Part shown: piece by piece, positions 42,036 through 50,481 of the stretch
Layout of the letters: every line of letters starts with the position of its first letter
Numbering within the stretch: the stretch's first letter is position 1
DNA from: an uncultured Phycisphaerales bacterium
Lineage (GTDB): Bacteria; Planctomycetota; B15-G4
Reading direction: 5' to 3'
NCBI GenBank assembly: GCA_964490005.1
Contig: CAZBBB010000004.1
Coordinates: forward strand, 888-64,887
Length of the DNA: 64,000 nucleotides
Made by a program: the position numbers and the translations under genes
Notes under the pieces: model-generated
What the model saw: the letters and a program-made list of their open reading frames with translations, nothing else
What the model was told of the DNA's origin: nothing
The model's database searches: none

Positions 42036-43168
42036 GCGCCGGAACCGAGCAGCTCTTCGTAGATCGACTCGTGGCGCGCGACCGCCGCCTGCAGCGAAAA
42101 GACCTCTCGGGCGCGCTGCGCGCTGGCGGCGCCGAGTTGCCGGCGCAACGGGACGTCGTCGACGAGTCGCCCGACGGCCTCGGCCATGCCGGCCGTGTCC
42201 CCCACCGCCCGCAGATAGCCGGTCACGCCCTCGACCACCACCTCGGGCAGCCCGCCGACGCGCGAGGCGACGACGGGAACCGCGCAGGACATGGCCTCGA
42301 GGGCGGCCAGGCCGAACGACTCGGACTCGCTGGGAAACAGCGCCACGTCGGCGACCGCCGTGATGTGCTCGGCGTCGGGGATCTCGCCGAGCATGCGCAC
42401 GCGTCCGGCCAGGCCGCGCCGGCAGGCCTGGTCGCGAACGTGCTGCAGGTCGGGCCCGTCGCCGACGAGCATCAGGACGACGCGGCGCTCGGCGCCGAGC
42501 CGCTCGAGCACGTCGACCGTGTCGATGGCGCGCTTCAGGGGGCGGAAGTTGCTCGTGTGCAGCAACAGCGTCTCGTCGTCGGCGGCGAGTTCCCGCCGCG
42601 CGCGATCATCCTCGCGCGGCCGGAACCTGCGGGGGTCGACGAAGTTGGGCACGACATGGATCGGCCCGTCGTAGGCGAAGACTTCTCGCGTCTGCGCCTC
42701 CAGCCACGACGAGACGGAGATGACCGCGTCGCTCTTCTGCAGGCCGAAGCGGATGACCTCGCGGTAGCTCGGGTCGCGGCCGAGGATCGTGATGTCGGTG
42801 CCGTGGAGCGTGGTGACGATGCGGGTGCGCGAGGCCGGGAGCATCTCCCGGGCCAGCCAGGCGGACACGGCGTGCGGCACCGCGTAGTGCACGTGCAGGA
42901 CGTCGAGCGGCGTCGTCGCCATCACTTCGCGCAGCGTGGACGAGAGCGCCAGGTCGTAGGGCGGGTAGCGGAACAGCGGGTAGGACGAGACGCTCACGCC
43001 GTGGAACGTCACGCCGTGACGCAGCGCCGACAGTCGCGCGGGCCGCGAATAGCTGAAGAGATGGACGTCGTGCCCGCGGTCCGCAAGTGCCAGGCCGAGT
43101 TCGGTGGCCATCACGCCGCTGCCGCCGTAGGTCGGATAGCAGACGATGCCGATGCGTCGCCGCTTCAC
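42032..43168 (-). CDS. bshA: GT4 glycosyltransferase, BshA-like (N-acetyl-alpha-D-glucosaminyl L-malate synthase)
   Basis: GTG start (VKRRRIGIVCYPTYGGSGV...), 378 aa. EX7E-type motif (ESESFGLAALEAMSCAVPVVAS). 4-nt overlaps on both sides. Confidence 0.65.
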   Translation of the reverse strand: MKRRRIGIVCYPTYGGSGVMATELGLALADRGHDVHLFSYSRPARLSALRHGVTFHGVSVSSYPLFRYPPYDLALSSTLREVMATTPLDVLHVHYAVPHAVSAWLAREMLPASRTRIVTTLHGTDITILGRDPSYREVIRFGLQKSDAVISVSSWLEAQTREVFAYDGPIHVVPNFVDPRRFRPREDDRARRELAADDETLLLHTSNFRPLKRAIDTVDVLERLGAERRVVLMLVGDGPDLQHVRDQACRRGLAGRVRMLGEIPDAEHITAVADVALFPSESESFGLAALEAMSCAVPVVASRVGGLPEVVVEGVTGYLRAVGDTAGMAEAVGRLVDDVPLRRQLGAASAQRAREVFSLQAAVARHESIYEELLGSGA

Positions 43169-43902
43169 GGTGCGTGCCCGGTCTGTCCGTGGCCGCGCCC
43201 GCGGACGGCCGCCACCGGATCGTCGATCGCGAGCGGGCCCTCGACGATGTAGGGCTCTCCGTAGGTGGCGCCGATCATCGCGCCGCAGGTGCGATTGCCG
43301 GCGGCGATGGCCTCGAGGAAGTCCGGCGCGGAAATCGTCGTTCGCGGCTCGGTCGACGACGGATCGTGCAACTGGCTCGCGTGGGCGCGCACGGCCTCGA
43401 GCTTGCGTTCGAACACGTGGCTGATGTCGACGATCAGGGTCGGCTGGATCGGCTCGCGGGACGGATAGAACAGCACCCGACCGGGGCGCCACGGGTCGCC
43501 GGACGGACCGACGCGCGCGCACCCCGCCAGAAAGCGCGCTTCCTTCACGAGTTGACCGGTGCGCGCATGGTCCGGGTGGTCGTCGCTGATCCAGGGAGCG
43601 ACGACGAGCCGGGGGCGGTGGCGCCGGATCGCGTCGATCACGAGGTCGCGCGAGCTTCGATCCGATTCGATCGCACCGTCCGGAAGCCCGAGGCATTCGC
43701 GGAAGGCGAGTCCGAGGAGTTGGGCGCCGCGCGCCGCTTCCCCGGCGCGCCGATCGCTGGAGCCGCGCGTGCCCGATTCGCCGGCCGACATGTCGATGCC
43801 CCCCACCGTGCGTCCGCGCTCGCGCAGCGCGAGCACGAGACCGCCCGCGCAGATCTCGATGTCGTCGGGGTGCGGGCCGAAGACGAGGACATCAACCATC
43901 GC
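43165..43902 (-). CDS. bshB: LmbE/PIG-L family deacetylase, BshB-like
   Basis: Internal Met MVDVLVFGPHPDDIEICAGG (PIG-L HPDDE motif). 245 aa. Confidence 0.7.
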   Translation of the reverse strand, partial: AMVDVLVFGPHPDDIEICAGGLVLALRERGRTVGGIDMSAGESGTRGSSDRRAGEAARGAQLLGLAFRECLGLPDGAIESDRSSRDLVIDAIRRHRPRLVVAPWISDDHPDHARTGQLVKEARFLAGCARVGPSGDPWRPGRVLFYPSREPIQPTLIVDISHVFERKLEAVRAHASQLHDPSSTEPRTTISAPDFLEAIAAGNRTCGAMIGATYGEPYIVEGPLAIDDPVAAVRGRGHGQTGHAP

Positions 43903-45355
43903 GGCTCTCCGGGTCGGTGGTGTGGAGCACGTGGCGTGGCGGATCCAGCGGGCGCGCCAGGTCGACGAGTCGCCGCCCCCATGATGCAGGCCCTCCGTGC
44001 TCGAGCGCATCCGGAAGCCACGCGAGGACGGTGTCTTGGGGGCGGCCGCGCGGGCTGAGCGTCGCGGTCAGTAGCGAGCGCGGGCGGGTGTGCCAGGCGC
44101 GCTGTTCGGCCAGCCTGCGCATCGCGGACTCCGTCGACCGCCTCCAGCGCTCCGCGCGCGCCGCGATGCGCGCAGGTCCGTCGTCGAACGTGCGGGCGAA
44201 GTCGCGCAGGGCTTCACGCACGGCGTGCTCGGCAGGACCCGACGTGGACCGGGACGCGCCGAGGTCGAGCCCTTCCAGCCCGCCAGGGAGGCTGCCGAGG
44301 AGCGCCGGAGACACGAAGCTCGCTTCGAGGCGCGGCACCAGGACGGGGGCGATCAGTCCGAACTCCTGGTGCAGCAAACGTGCCTCACCCAGATAGCGCA
44401 GTTCGCTCGGCCCGCAGACTTGAGCGACCACCGGCAGCGACGCGGCCTGGACGAGGGGCCTGAGCGCGGCGTGGGGCGAGAAGTCTTCCGGCGATCGATC
44501 GTGGCGGCGGGCGGCCTCCCGATCCTCCGCAGCCACTCGCCGGCGTCGCCCGCCCCGCGACTCCATCACGAGCGGTCGCGGATCGCCGGCATCGAAGGAA
44601 GGCTGGAGACGGGCGGTCCGGGCGAGGTGCTGACCGCGCTCCAGGCTCGCGCGCAGTTGGTCCGGGCGGGTCAGGGCGCGGCGGATAATCTCATCGCCCA
44701 GCGGGCGCAGCGCATGCGCCTCGACCACGCGAAGCCCAAGAGGACCGAACGCGGCAAGCAGAGCGGCGCCATGGACTCTGGAGAGCTCGCAGAGCGCTGA
44801 ACTGTGAACGGATGTCGACTTTAAAACATCATTTAATTGATCACAACATGATTTCAAAGCACTTGTTAGAACCGAATCGTGATTCGTGGCGTACGTGCTG
44901 CGCCACGAAGCGTCGGAGCCGGGCAGGATGCGTGCCCTGAATCTCCGAATGCGGCCATCCAAATCATCGACAAGATCAATGTGATCCACCTCTGAAGAGT
45001 CGTGATCTTCTGTTGCGAGAAGGAACACCGGGACAACCGGACGAGACCAGGCGGACGAGAGATCGCGGGCGAGGGCGACCGCCGTGGCCGCCTTGTGGGC
45101 GATCAGGGCGGCGCCCGCTGCGAAGCAGGGCTGCTGTCCCGCGAGGACGACGAGTGCCCCCGAGGGAGCGGCTTCCCCGCGGAGAACGGCAAAGCCGCCG
45201 TTCCGTCCGGGATCGAGGGCCTGCGCGACGCGCTCGAAGCTTGCGAGCCCGGGCGCATGCCCCATCAGGGCCTGCAGCGACGGATCGCCCCCCCACCAAG
45301 CCTCCGTCCAGGACGCGTGCACCCTCGGCCTGGGCAGCCGACGCTCAGTGCTCAA
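43892..45355 (-). CDS. bshC: Bacillithiol biosynthesis cysteine-adding enzyme BshC-like
   Basis: 487 aa. LAGQQPCF...IAHKAATAVALA...PVVPVFLLATEDHDSSEVDH matches the recalled BshC N-terminal signature (GGQQ..G..HK...PVIPVFW.A.EDHD). Operonic with bshB-bshA. Confidence 0.55.
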   Translation of the reverse strand: MSTERRLPRPRVHASWTEAWWGGDPSLQALMGHAPGLASFERVAQALDPGRNGGFAVLRGEAAPSGALVVLAGQQPCFAAGAALIAHKAATAVALARDLSSAWSRPVVPVFLLATEDHDSSEVDHIDLVDDLDGRIRRFRARILPGSDASWRSTYATNHDSVLTSALKSCCDQLNDVLKSTSVHSSALCELSRVHGAALLAAFGPLGLRVVEAHALRPLGDEIIRRALTRPDQLRASLERGQHLARTARLQPSFDAGDPRPLVMESRGGRRRRVAAEDREAARRHDRSPEDFSPHAALRPLVQAASLPVVAQVCGPSELRYLGEARLLHQEFGLIAPVLVPRLEASFVSPALLGSLPGGLEGLDLGASRSTSGPAEHAVREALRDFARTFDDGPARIAARAERWRRSTESAMRRLAEQRAWHTRPRSLLTATLSPRGRPQDTVLAWLPDALEHGGPASWGRRLVDLARPLDPPRHVLHTTDPESRDG

Positions 45356-46251
45356 CGCGTGGCCTGGTGCGCAGCCTCGCGAAGCTGGTCGCGCAGCTTC
45401 TTCGCGGCGTCCCGAATGGGAGATTGCCAGTCGGCGCAGGCGGGATCGCCGAAGGCGTACAGAATCCCCCGCGACGAGTTCACGATCGCACCGAGGCCCG
45501 CCGAGTCGAAGGCGGCGGCGACATCGCGCGCCGTTGCGCCCTGGGCCCCGACTCCGGGGACGAGGAACCAGGCTTCAGGAAGCAGGCTTCGAAGCCGCGC
45601 CAGCTCGGCGGGCATGGTTGCGCCGACGACCGCGCCGACGCCGCAGTAGCCTCTCGAGGTCTCGAGCTGCGTCCCCCATTCGCGAACGAGCTGGGCGATG
45701 TGTTCATGAAGTGCGCGGCCATCGACGCGCAGGTCCTGCAACTCGCGGGCGGACGGATTTGACGTCCGGACGAGGATGAACAGGCCGGCGCCGGAACTGC
45801 GCGCCTCTCGCAGGAACGGAACGACGCTGTCCGACCCGAGGAGCGGATTGACCGTGACGGCGTCGGCGGCATGCGCGCCGCGCAGGTGGCCGGCGGCGTA
45901 GGCCTCGGCGGTCGAGCCGATGTCCCCGCGCTTGATGTCGCCGATGACGAGCAGGCCGGCGCGCTTCGCGGCGACGATGGCGGCCTCGTACGCCTCGATT
46001 CCCGGAGGCCCCCAACGCTCGTAATAGGCGCTCTGGGGTTTGACCGCGACCGCGTAGGGGCGGACGAGGTCGATGACGGCCGCGTCGAAGCGTCGAATGG
46101 CGTCTGCGGCGCGCGAGCGCTCATCCCCGCCCTCCGCGCGCTCGAGGATCGCCGCCGGGAACAGGGAGGGTTGCGGGTCGAGGCCGACGACAAGTGCCGA
46201 GTCCTTGCTCAGGACGGCATCCGCGAGGCGCTCGGCGAACGGCGAGGGCAT
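45352..46251 (-). CDS. pyrF: Orotidine 5'-phosphate decarboxylase (type 2)
   Basis: 299 aa from an internal Met (MPSPFAERLADAVLSKDSALVVGLDP) of ORF 45352..46581. DIKRGDIGST motif. Confidence 0.8.
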   Translation of the reverse strand: MPSPFAERLADAVLSKDSALVVGLDPQPSLFPAAILERAEGGDERSRAADAIRRFDAAVIDLVRPYAVAVKPQSAYYERWGPPGIEAYEAAIVAAKRAGLLVIGDIKRGDIGSTAEAYAAGHLRGAHAADAVTVNPLLGSDSVVPFLREARSSGAGLFILVRTSNPSARELQDLRVDGRALHEHIAQLVREWGTQLETSRGYCGVGAVVGATMPAELARLRSLLPEAWFLVPGVGAQGATARDVAAAFDSAGLGAIVNSSRGILYAFGDPACADWQSPIRDAAKKLRDQLREAAHQATR

Positions 46252-46832
46252 CAAGACTCCAGGAATGCCGCCAGGATCTGCCCACCGCATGGCGTCAGGA
46301 ACGACTCGGGATGGAACTGAACGCCGTAGTGGGGGCGCTCGGCGTGCCGAAGGGCCATGATATCGCCGTGCGGACTGCGAGCGGAGATGATCCACTCCCG
46401 GGGAAGCCCGACCTCCTCGACCAGCAATGAGTGGTACAGACCGGCATCGAAACGCGGAAGCGCTCGATCGAATGGAGGGCCGCCGTCGTGCGTGATCGAG
46501 ACGGCCCGCCCGTGCGTTGGTCTGGGGGAGCGGACGATCCGAGCCCCGGACGCGAACGCGAGCGCTTGGTGGCCGAGGCACACTCCGAGCAATGGGGTGT
46601 CCGGCCAGATGTCGCTGGCGACCAGCGAAGCTCCGGAGCGTCCGGGATGTCCTGGCCCGGGCGAGAGCACGACATGCGTGTACTCGCGGCGCTTCGAGTC
46701 CCCGACATCGACACGATCGTTGCGAACCACGGCAAGCGAGGCCCCTGGGCGGCAGAGGGCGCCAATGGCCTGATATAAATTATATGTAAACGAATCGTAA
46801 TTATCTATTATTAGTATATTCATATCAGACAT
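46251..46832 (-). CDS. pabA: Glutamine amidotransferase component of anthranilate/aminodeoxychorismate synthase
   Basis: MSDMNILIIDNYDSFTYNLYQ, catalytic GVCLGHQAL, HPES. The first ~25 codons are strikingly AT-rich. Confidence 0.85.
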   Translation of the reverse strand: MSDMNILIIDNYDSFTYNLYQAIGALCRPGASLAVVRNDRVDVGDSKRREYTHVVLSPGPGHPGRSGASLVASDIWPDTPLLGVCLGHQALAFASGARIVRSPRPTHGRAVSITHDGGPPFDRALPRFDAGLYHSLLVEEVGLPREWIISARSPHGDIMALRHAERPHYGVQFHPESFLTPCGGQILAAFLES

Positions 46833-46901
46833 CGCAGCGCGCGTCGACTTCAAAGGGCGGTCACGGCGTTGAGGCGGATAACGTCAATGTTAGTGGTAGA
46901 T

Positions 46902-48086
46902 TCAATATTCTATAAGTGAAGTATCGCTAACAGAGGCGCTCAGGAGCTCTCGGACGATGCTGTCCGCTCGCGGCAGCTCCTGCGGGGGGAGCGAGATGCC
47001 GTCGGAATCGTTCCGCACGAGCCCGATCGAGCAGAGCCGCGGGAGGGCGTCGCCAAGTACTGCCTTCCATGAGGGGCCGAAGCGTCGTTCCAAGCGTGCC
47101 CGCGGGATCCCGTCCCGCGTGCGCAGCCCCGTGGCCAGCGTCTCGAGCAGACGCTGGACCGGGGTCACTCGTTCGCAGGCGGCTCTCGCGGAGCGCGAAC
47201 CCTGGCAGGCGGCGCCGTAAGCCGCCAGCGTCCGCTGGTTGGTCCAGCGCCACGGATGGACGGAACTCGCCGCGCTGGGTCCGAGACCCACGTAGGAGTC
47301 GTTGCGCCAGTAGACCTGATTGTGTCGCGAGCGGTGCCCGGCGCGGCTGAAGTTCGAGACCTCGTAGCGCTGCAGTCCGCCGCGTTCGAGGAGTTCGGAC
47401 CAGGTGGCATCGAACGCGTCGCGTCGCGTGCTCGGCGCGACGACGATGCGGCCTTGATGCTGCAGGCGATGGAGCGGGGTGTCTTCTTCGATCGTCAGCC
47501 CGTAGACCGACACATGCGGCGGGCAGAACGCGAGCAACTGATTCACATCGGCGATGACGTCGGATCGCCGCTGCCCGGCCCATCCCACGAGCAGGTCCGC
47601 CGACCACGTGTGGGGCCAATGAGCGGCGACGAGGTCAAGCGCGGCGAGCACGTCGTCGGTCGAGTCGTGGCGGCCGAGGCGCGCCAGGACGTCGTGTCGA
47701 AACGTCTGTGTCCCGACGGAAAGCCGCGTGATGCCGAGTGCGTTCCACGCGCGCAACGCGGCCAGCGAGATGTCGCCGGGGTTCACCTCGAGCGTGACCT
47801 CGGCGCGCGCGGGCATTGACGTCGCTTCGCAAACGACGCCGAGAAGGCGTTCAAGCACATCGGGGGCGAGGCGCGACGGAGTGCCACCGCCGACGTACAC
47901 GGTCTCGAGCGCGTGTCCGAGGGGCGCCCGCCGCGCTTCGCGCGCGAGCGCATCGACGAAGTGCTCGTGCAGCGATGGGTCGTCGGGGAGAGTCGCGAAC
48001 GCGCAGTACGTGCAGCGGTCCCGACAGAAGGGAACGTGCACGTAGACACTGGACGGTGGGCCGTCCGGACCACGATCGAGCAGCAC
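46902..48086 (-). CDS. hemW: Radical SAM heme chaperone HemW (HemN-like)
   Basis: 394 aa. CRDRCTYCAF radical-SAM motif and HemN_C-like C-terminus. Confidence 0.85.
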   Translation of the reverse strand: MLLDRGPDGPPSSVYVHVPFCRDRCTYCAFATLPDDPSLHEHFVDALAREARRAPLGHALETVYVGGGTPSRLAPDVLERLLGVVCEATSMPARAEVTLEVNPGDISLAALRAWNALGITRLSVGTQTFRHDVLARLGRHDSTDDVLAALDLVAAHWPHTWSADLLVGWAGQRRSDVIADVNQLLAFCPPHVSVYGLTIEEDTPLHRLQHQGRIVVAPSTRRDAFDATWSELLERGGLQRYEVSNFSRAGHRSRHNQVYWRNDSYVGLGPSAASSVHPWRWTNQRTLAAYGAACQGSRSARAACERVTPVQRLLETLATGLRTRDGIPRARLERRFGPSWKAVLGDALPRLCSIGLVRNDSDGISLPPQELPRADSIVRELLSASVSDTSLIEY

Positions 48087-48103
48087 GGCCGAGGCGCCCT
48101 CGG

Positions 48104-48895
48104 TTAGACGGGTTCGCCCTCGGTCAGGGCAGCCAGCAGGCGGGCAAGCGCCTCGTTCTGGATTTGACGCACGCGTTCGCGGGTCAGACCCAACTCCTGG
48201 CCGATCTCCTTGAGGGTCATCGGCTCATCGTAGCCGAGACCGAAGCGCATCCGCAGAATCCGGACCTGCCTCTCATCCAGAGAGTCGAGGAGCAGCAACA
48301 TCCGCCGCTGCTCCTGTTGCTCAAGCATCGTCCTGCCCGGGTCGGGACTGTTCGGGTCGACGATGACCTCCGTGAGGTCGCCGTTCTCCTCGTCCTGCGC
48401 GAAGGACTGGGTATAGCGCGACGCGGTTCGCATGGCGGCCCGTACGGCGACGACGGCGTCGTCCTTCAGCTTCATGTGTCGGCCGACCTCCCCCGGCGAG
48501 GGCTCGCGGCCGAGCTCGAGCACGAGACGCTCCGTCGTCTGTTGCCAGCGCGACATGAGCTCGATCATGTAGGAAGGAATGCGCACGGTCTTCACCGTGT
48601 TCGTCAGCGCCCGGCGAATCGACTGCTTGATCCACCAGGTCGCGTAGGTCGAGAACCTGCAGTTCGCGTCGGGGTCGAACTTCTCGACGGCGCGCATGAG
48701 GCCGACGTTGCCTTCCTCGATGAGGTCGAGCAGCGCCATGCCGCGGTTCATGTAGCGCTTCGCGATGCTGACGACAAGCCGGAGGTTGGCGGCGGCAAGG
48801 TCGTTGCGCGACTGGCGACAGCCGAGCCGCACGCCGCGCGCGAGTTCCTTCTCCTGGTCAGCCGTCAGCAGCTTGACGCGGTTGATCTCCCGCAA
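48104..48895 (-). CDS. Group-2 sigma-70 family sigma factor (RpoS/RpoD-like without region 1.1)
   Basis: 263 aa. Region 1.2 [11 protein letters not shown]; region 2 [41 protein letters not shown]; region 3 [11 protein letters not shown]; region 4 [23 protein letters not shown]. Confidence 0.8.
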   Translation of the reverse strand: MREINRVKLLTADQEKELARGVRLGCRQSRNDLAAANLRLVVSIAKRYMNRGMALLDLIEEGNVGLMRAVEKFDPDANCRFSTYATWWIKQSIRRALTNTVKTVRIPSYMIELMSRWQQTTERLVLELGREPSPGEVGRHMKLKDDAVVAVRAAMRTASRYTQSFAQDEENGDLTEVIVDPNSPDPGRTMLEQQEQRRMLLLLDSLDERQVRILRMRFGLGYDEPMTLKEIGQELGLTRERVRQIQNEALARLLAALTEGEPV

Positions 48896-49047
48896 GTAAA
48901 TCTCGATCGACTGGTCGCCGGGAATCGGAGTCGCTCCGTGGAGAGGACACAGCGGGGCCCTCGTCGACTGCGTGCTGCGGCGGGCTTGAGGCGAAACCGG
49001 CCTCCGACCGACGAGAGTGCTATGCTGACGGAATCCGGGTCGGGCTC

Positions 49048-50343
49048 ATGACGCAGCAGGCCAAGTCACGCGACATCATCGTGCGGGAGGATGAATTCGG
49101 CCGCCTGCTCGCGGAGGCCGGCCTGAGCTGCGGCGCTTGGGCGGCGACGCTGCTGCGTGACCGTCGGCTGCTGGCCGATGAAGACGTGGTCGCCGCGTTC
49201 GTGCATCGGGCGCATGAGCTCGAGGCGTTCCTCGACGACTTCGGTGCACGCGAGAATCGAACGTTCGTGATGCTCGGCGAACTCGCGGCATCCCTGCACG
49301 GGCTCGCGACCGTGAAGACCAATGCCCTGCACCTGACCGCGCGGCTGCCGCGCTACCATGTGCTCATCGACAGCGGCCCGCTGGCTGCCGCGCTCGAGCA
49401 GGCGCACGTGATTCTGGACGACAGCCTGACCGCCCTGCTCGAAGCCTTCGCCAACGAGAGCCGCCGTTGGCTGCGAGACGACCTCGAGATCGCGCTGCCG
49501 ACGGGCGGACTGTCATCGCAGCGGCAACTCCTTCCGAGAAACCTCGACGAAGGCGAGACGGTCGACGAGCGCCAGCACATCGCGGAGATCGGTGCCCGGT
49601 TTCTGGCCATTCTTGCGACAAGCCGGAGCCTGGAACTCGGCCACAAGCGACCGATCAGGGAACTGCGGGACTTCGTGGCCGAGCACGCCACGGAGGCTCG
49701 CTGCCGCTGGTACGAGTCCTCCGTGCACAGCATTCAGTCCATGTACGACACCTACGTGCTGAACACCGCGGTGGAGCGCGACCACCCCTGGTTGAAGTCG
49801 ATGCGCGGACACGCGTCGGTTGCATTGCACCTGCTCGAGATGGCGACGGGGCTGGTGCACTTCTACGAGCGGCACGAGAACGACATCCGACATGAGCGGG
49901 CACGCCAAGCCATCGCGAAACTCGTGGCAAAGGACGAAGTCCTCGACGTCGCTGTTAATATAAGCCTAAGGCAGGCATATATTTACGTTGAGTCTGCGGC
50001 GGCAACGGCCAGTCAGATCTTGCGCACGTTCGTGAGGCATGGCGTCGCCAACCTGCGGCTTCTGCCGGGCATCACGCTGCACGCTCGGCCGCTCGCGCTC
50101 GTCGCCCAGGTTGCGAGGCATTACGGCACGCCGCTCGAGATCGACTTCGACGGCGACTCATGTGCCGCGGGGTCGCTCATGAGCCTGATCCTGCTCGGGG
50201 GCAAGCACCCCCGGCCCGTCGAGATCACGGCGCGAGGCGATGCCAGGGCGCTCCGAGACCTTGAAATTCTCTTCGCGGCGGGCCTTGGCGAGGGCGGCCG
50301 GGCATTGCCCCCGGAGCTCGACTACCTGCGCGCCAGGAATTAA
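49048..50343 (+). CDS. Protein with unknown 340-aa N-terminal domain fused to C-terminal HPr-family phosphocarrier domain
   Basis: 431 aa. The C-terminus LRLLPGITLHARPLALVAQVARHYGTPLEIDFDGDSCAAGSLMSLILLGGKHPRPVEITARGDARALRDLEILF matches HPr (His in GLHARPA; Ser region; GxxxxAxG). Confidence 0.6.
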   Translation: MTQQAKSRDIIVREDEFGRLLAEAGLSCGAWAATLLRDRRLLADEDVVAAFVHRAHELEAFLDDFGARENRTFVMLGELAASLHGLATVKTNALHLTARLPRYHVLIDSGPLAAALEQAHVILDDSLTALLEAFANESRRWLRDDLEIALPTGGLSSQRQLLPRNLDEGETVDERQHIAEIGARFLAILATSRSLELGHKRPIRELRDFVAEHATEARCRWYESSVHSIQSMYDTYVLNTAVERDHPWLKSMRGHASVALHLLEMATGLVHFYERHENDIRHERARQAIAKLVAKDEVLDVAVNISLRQAYIYVESAAATASQILRTFVRHGVANLRLLPGITLHARPLALVAQVARHYGTPLEIDFDGDSCAAGSLMSLILLGGKHPRPVEITARGDARALRDLEILFAAGLGEGGRALPPELDYLRARN

Positions 50344-50383
50344 CCGGCGGCCCCATTAGGGGTGGCGAGATGGTCGTCGGAGG

Positions 50384-50399
50384 TGTTTCACGTGAAACG
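50384..50399. promoter_or_regulatory. parS: parS centromere-like site
   Basis: TGTTTCACGTGAAACG matches the parS consensus TGTTTCACGTGAAACA at 15/16 positions. It lies about 85 nt upstream of parB. Confidence 0.8.
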
Positions 50400-50481
50400 C
50401 CTTGGTTGCCGCACCGACCGCGATTAGCCTTCCCACCCAAGCACTGAGCGTAAATCAACGGCGGCTGCGGAGGGTCAGATC

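Noticed and set aside
46770-46832. Possibility that the AT-rich 60 nt at the pabA 5' end is intergenic or an inserted element
   Set aside because: In frame it encodes the universally conserved glutamine-amidotransferase N-terminus MNILIIDNYDSFTYNLYQ. It is therefore coding and is kept as a compositional anomaly, not a mobile insert.
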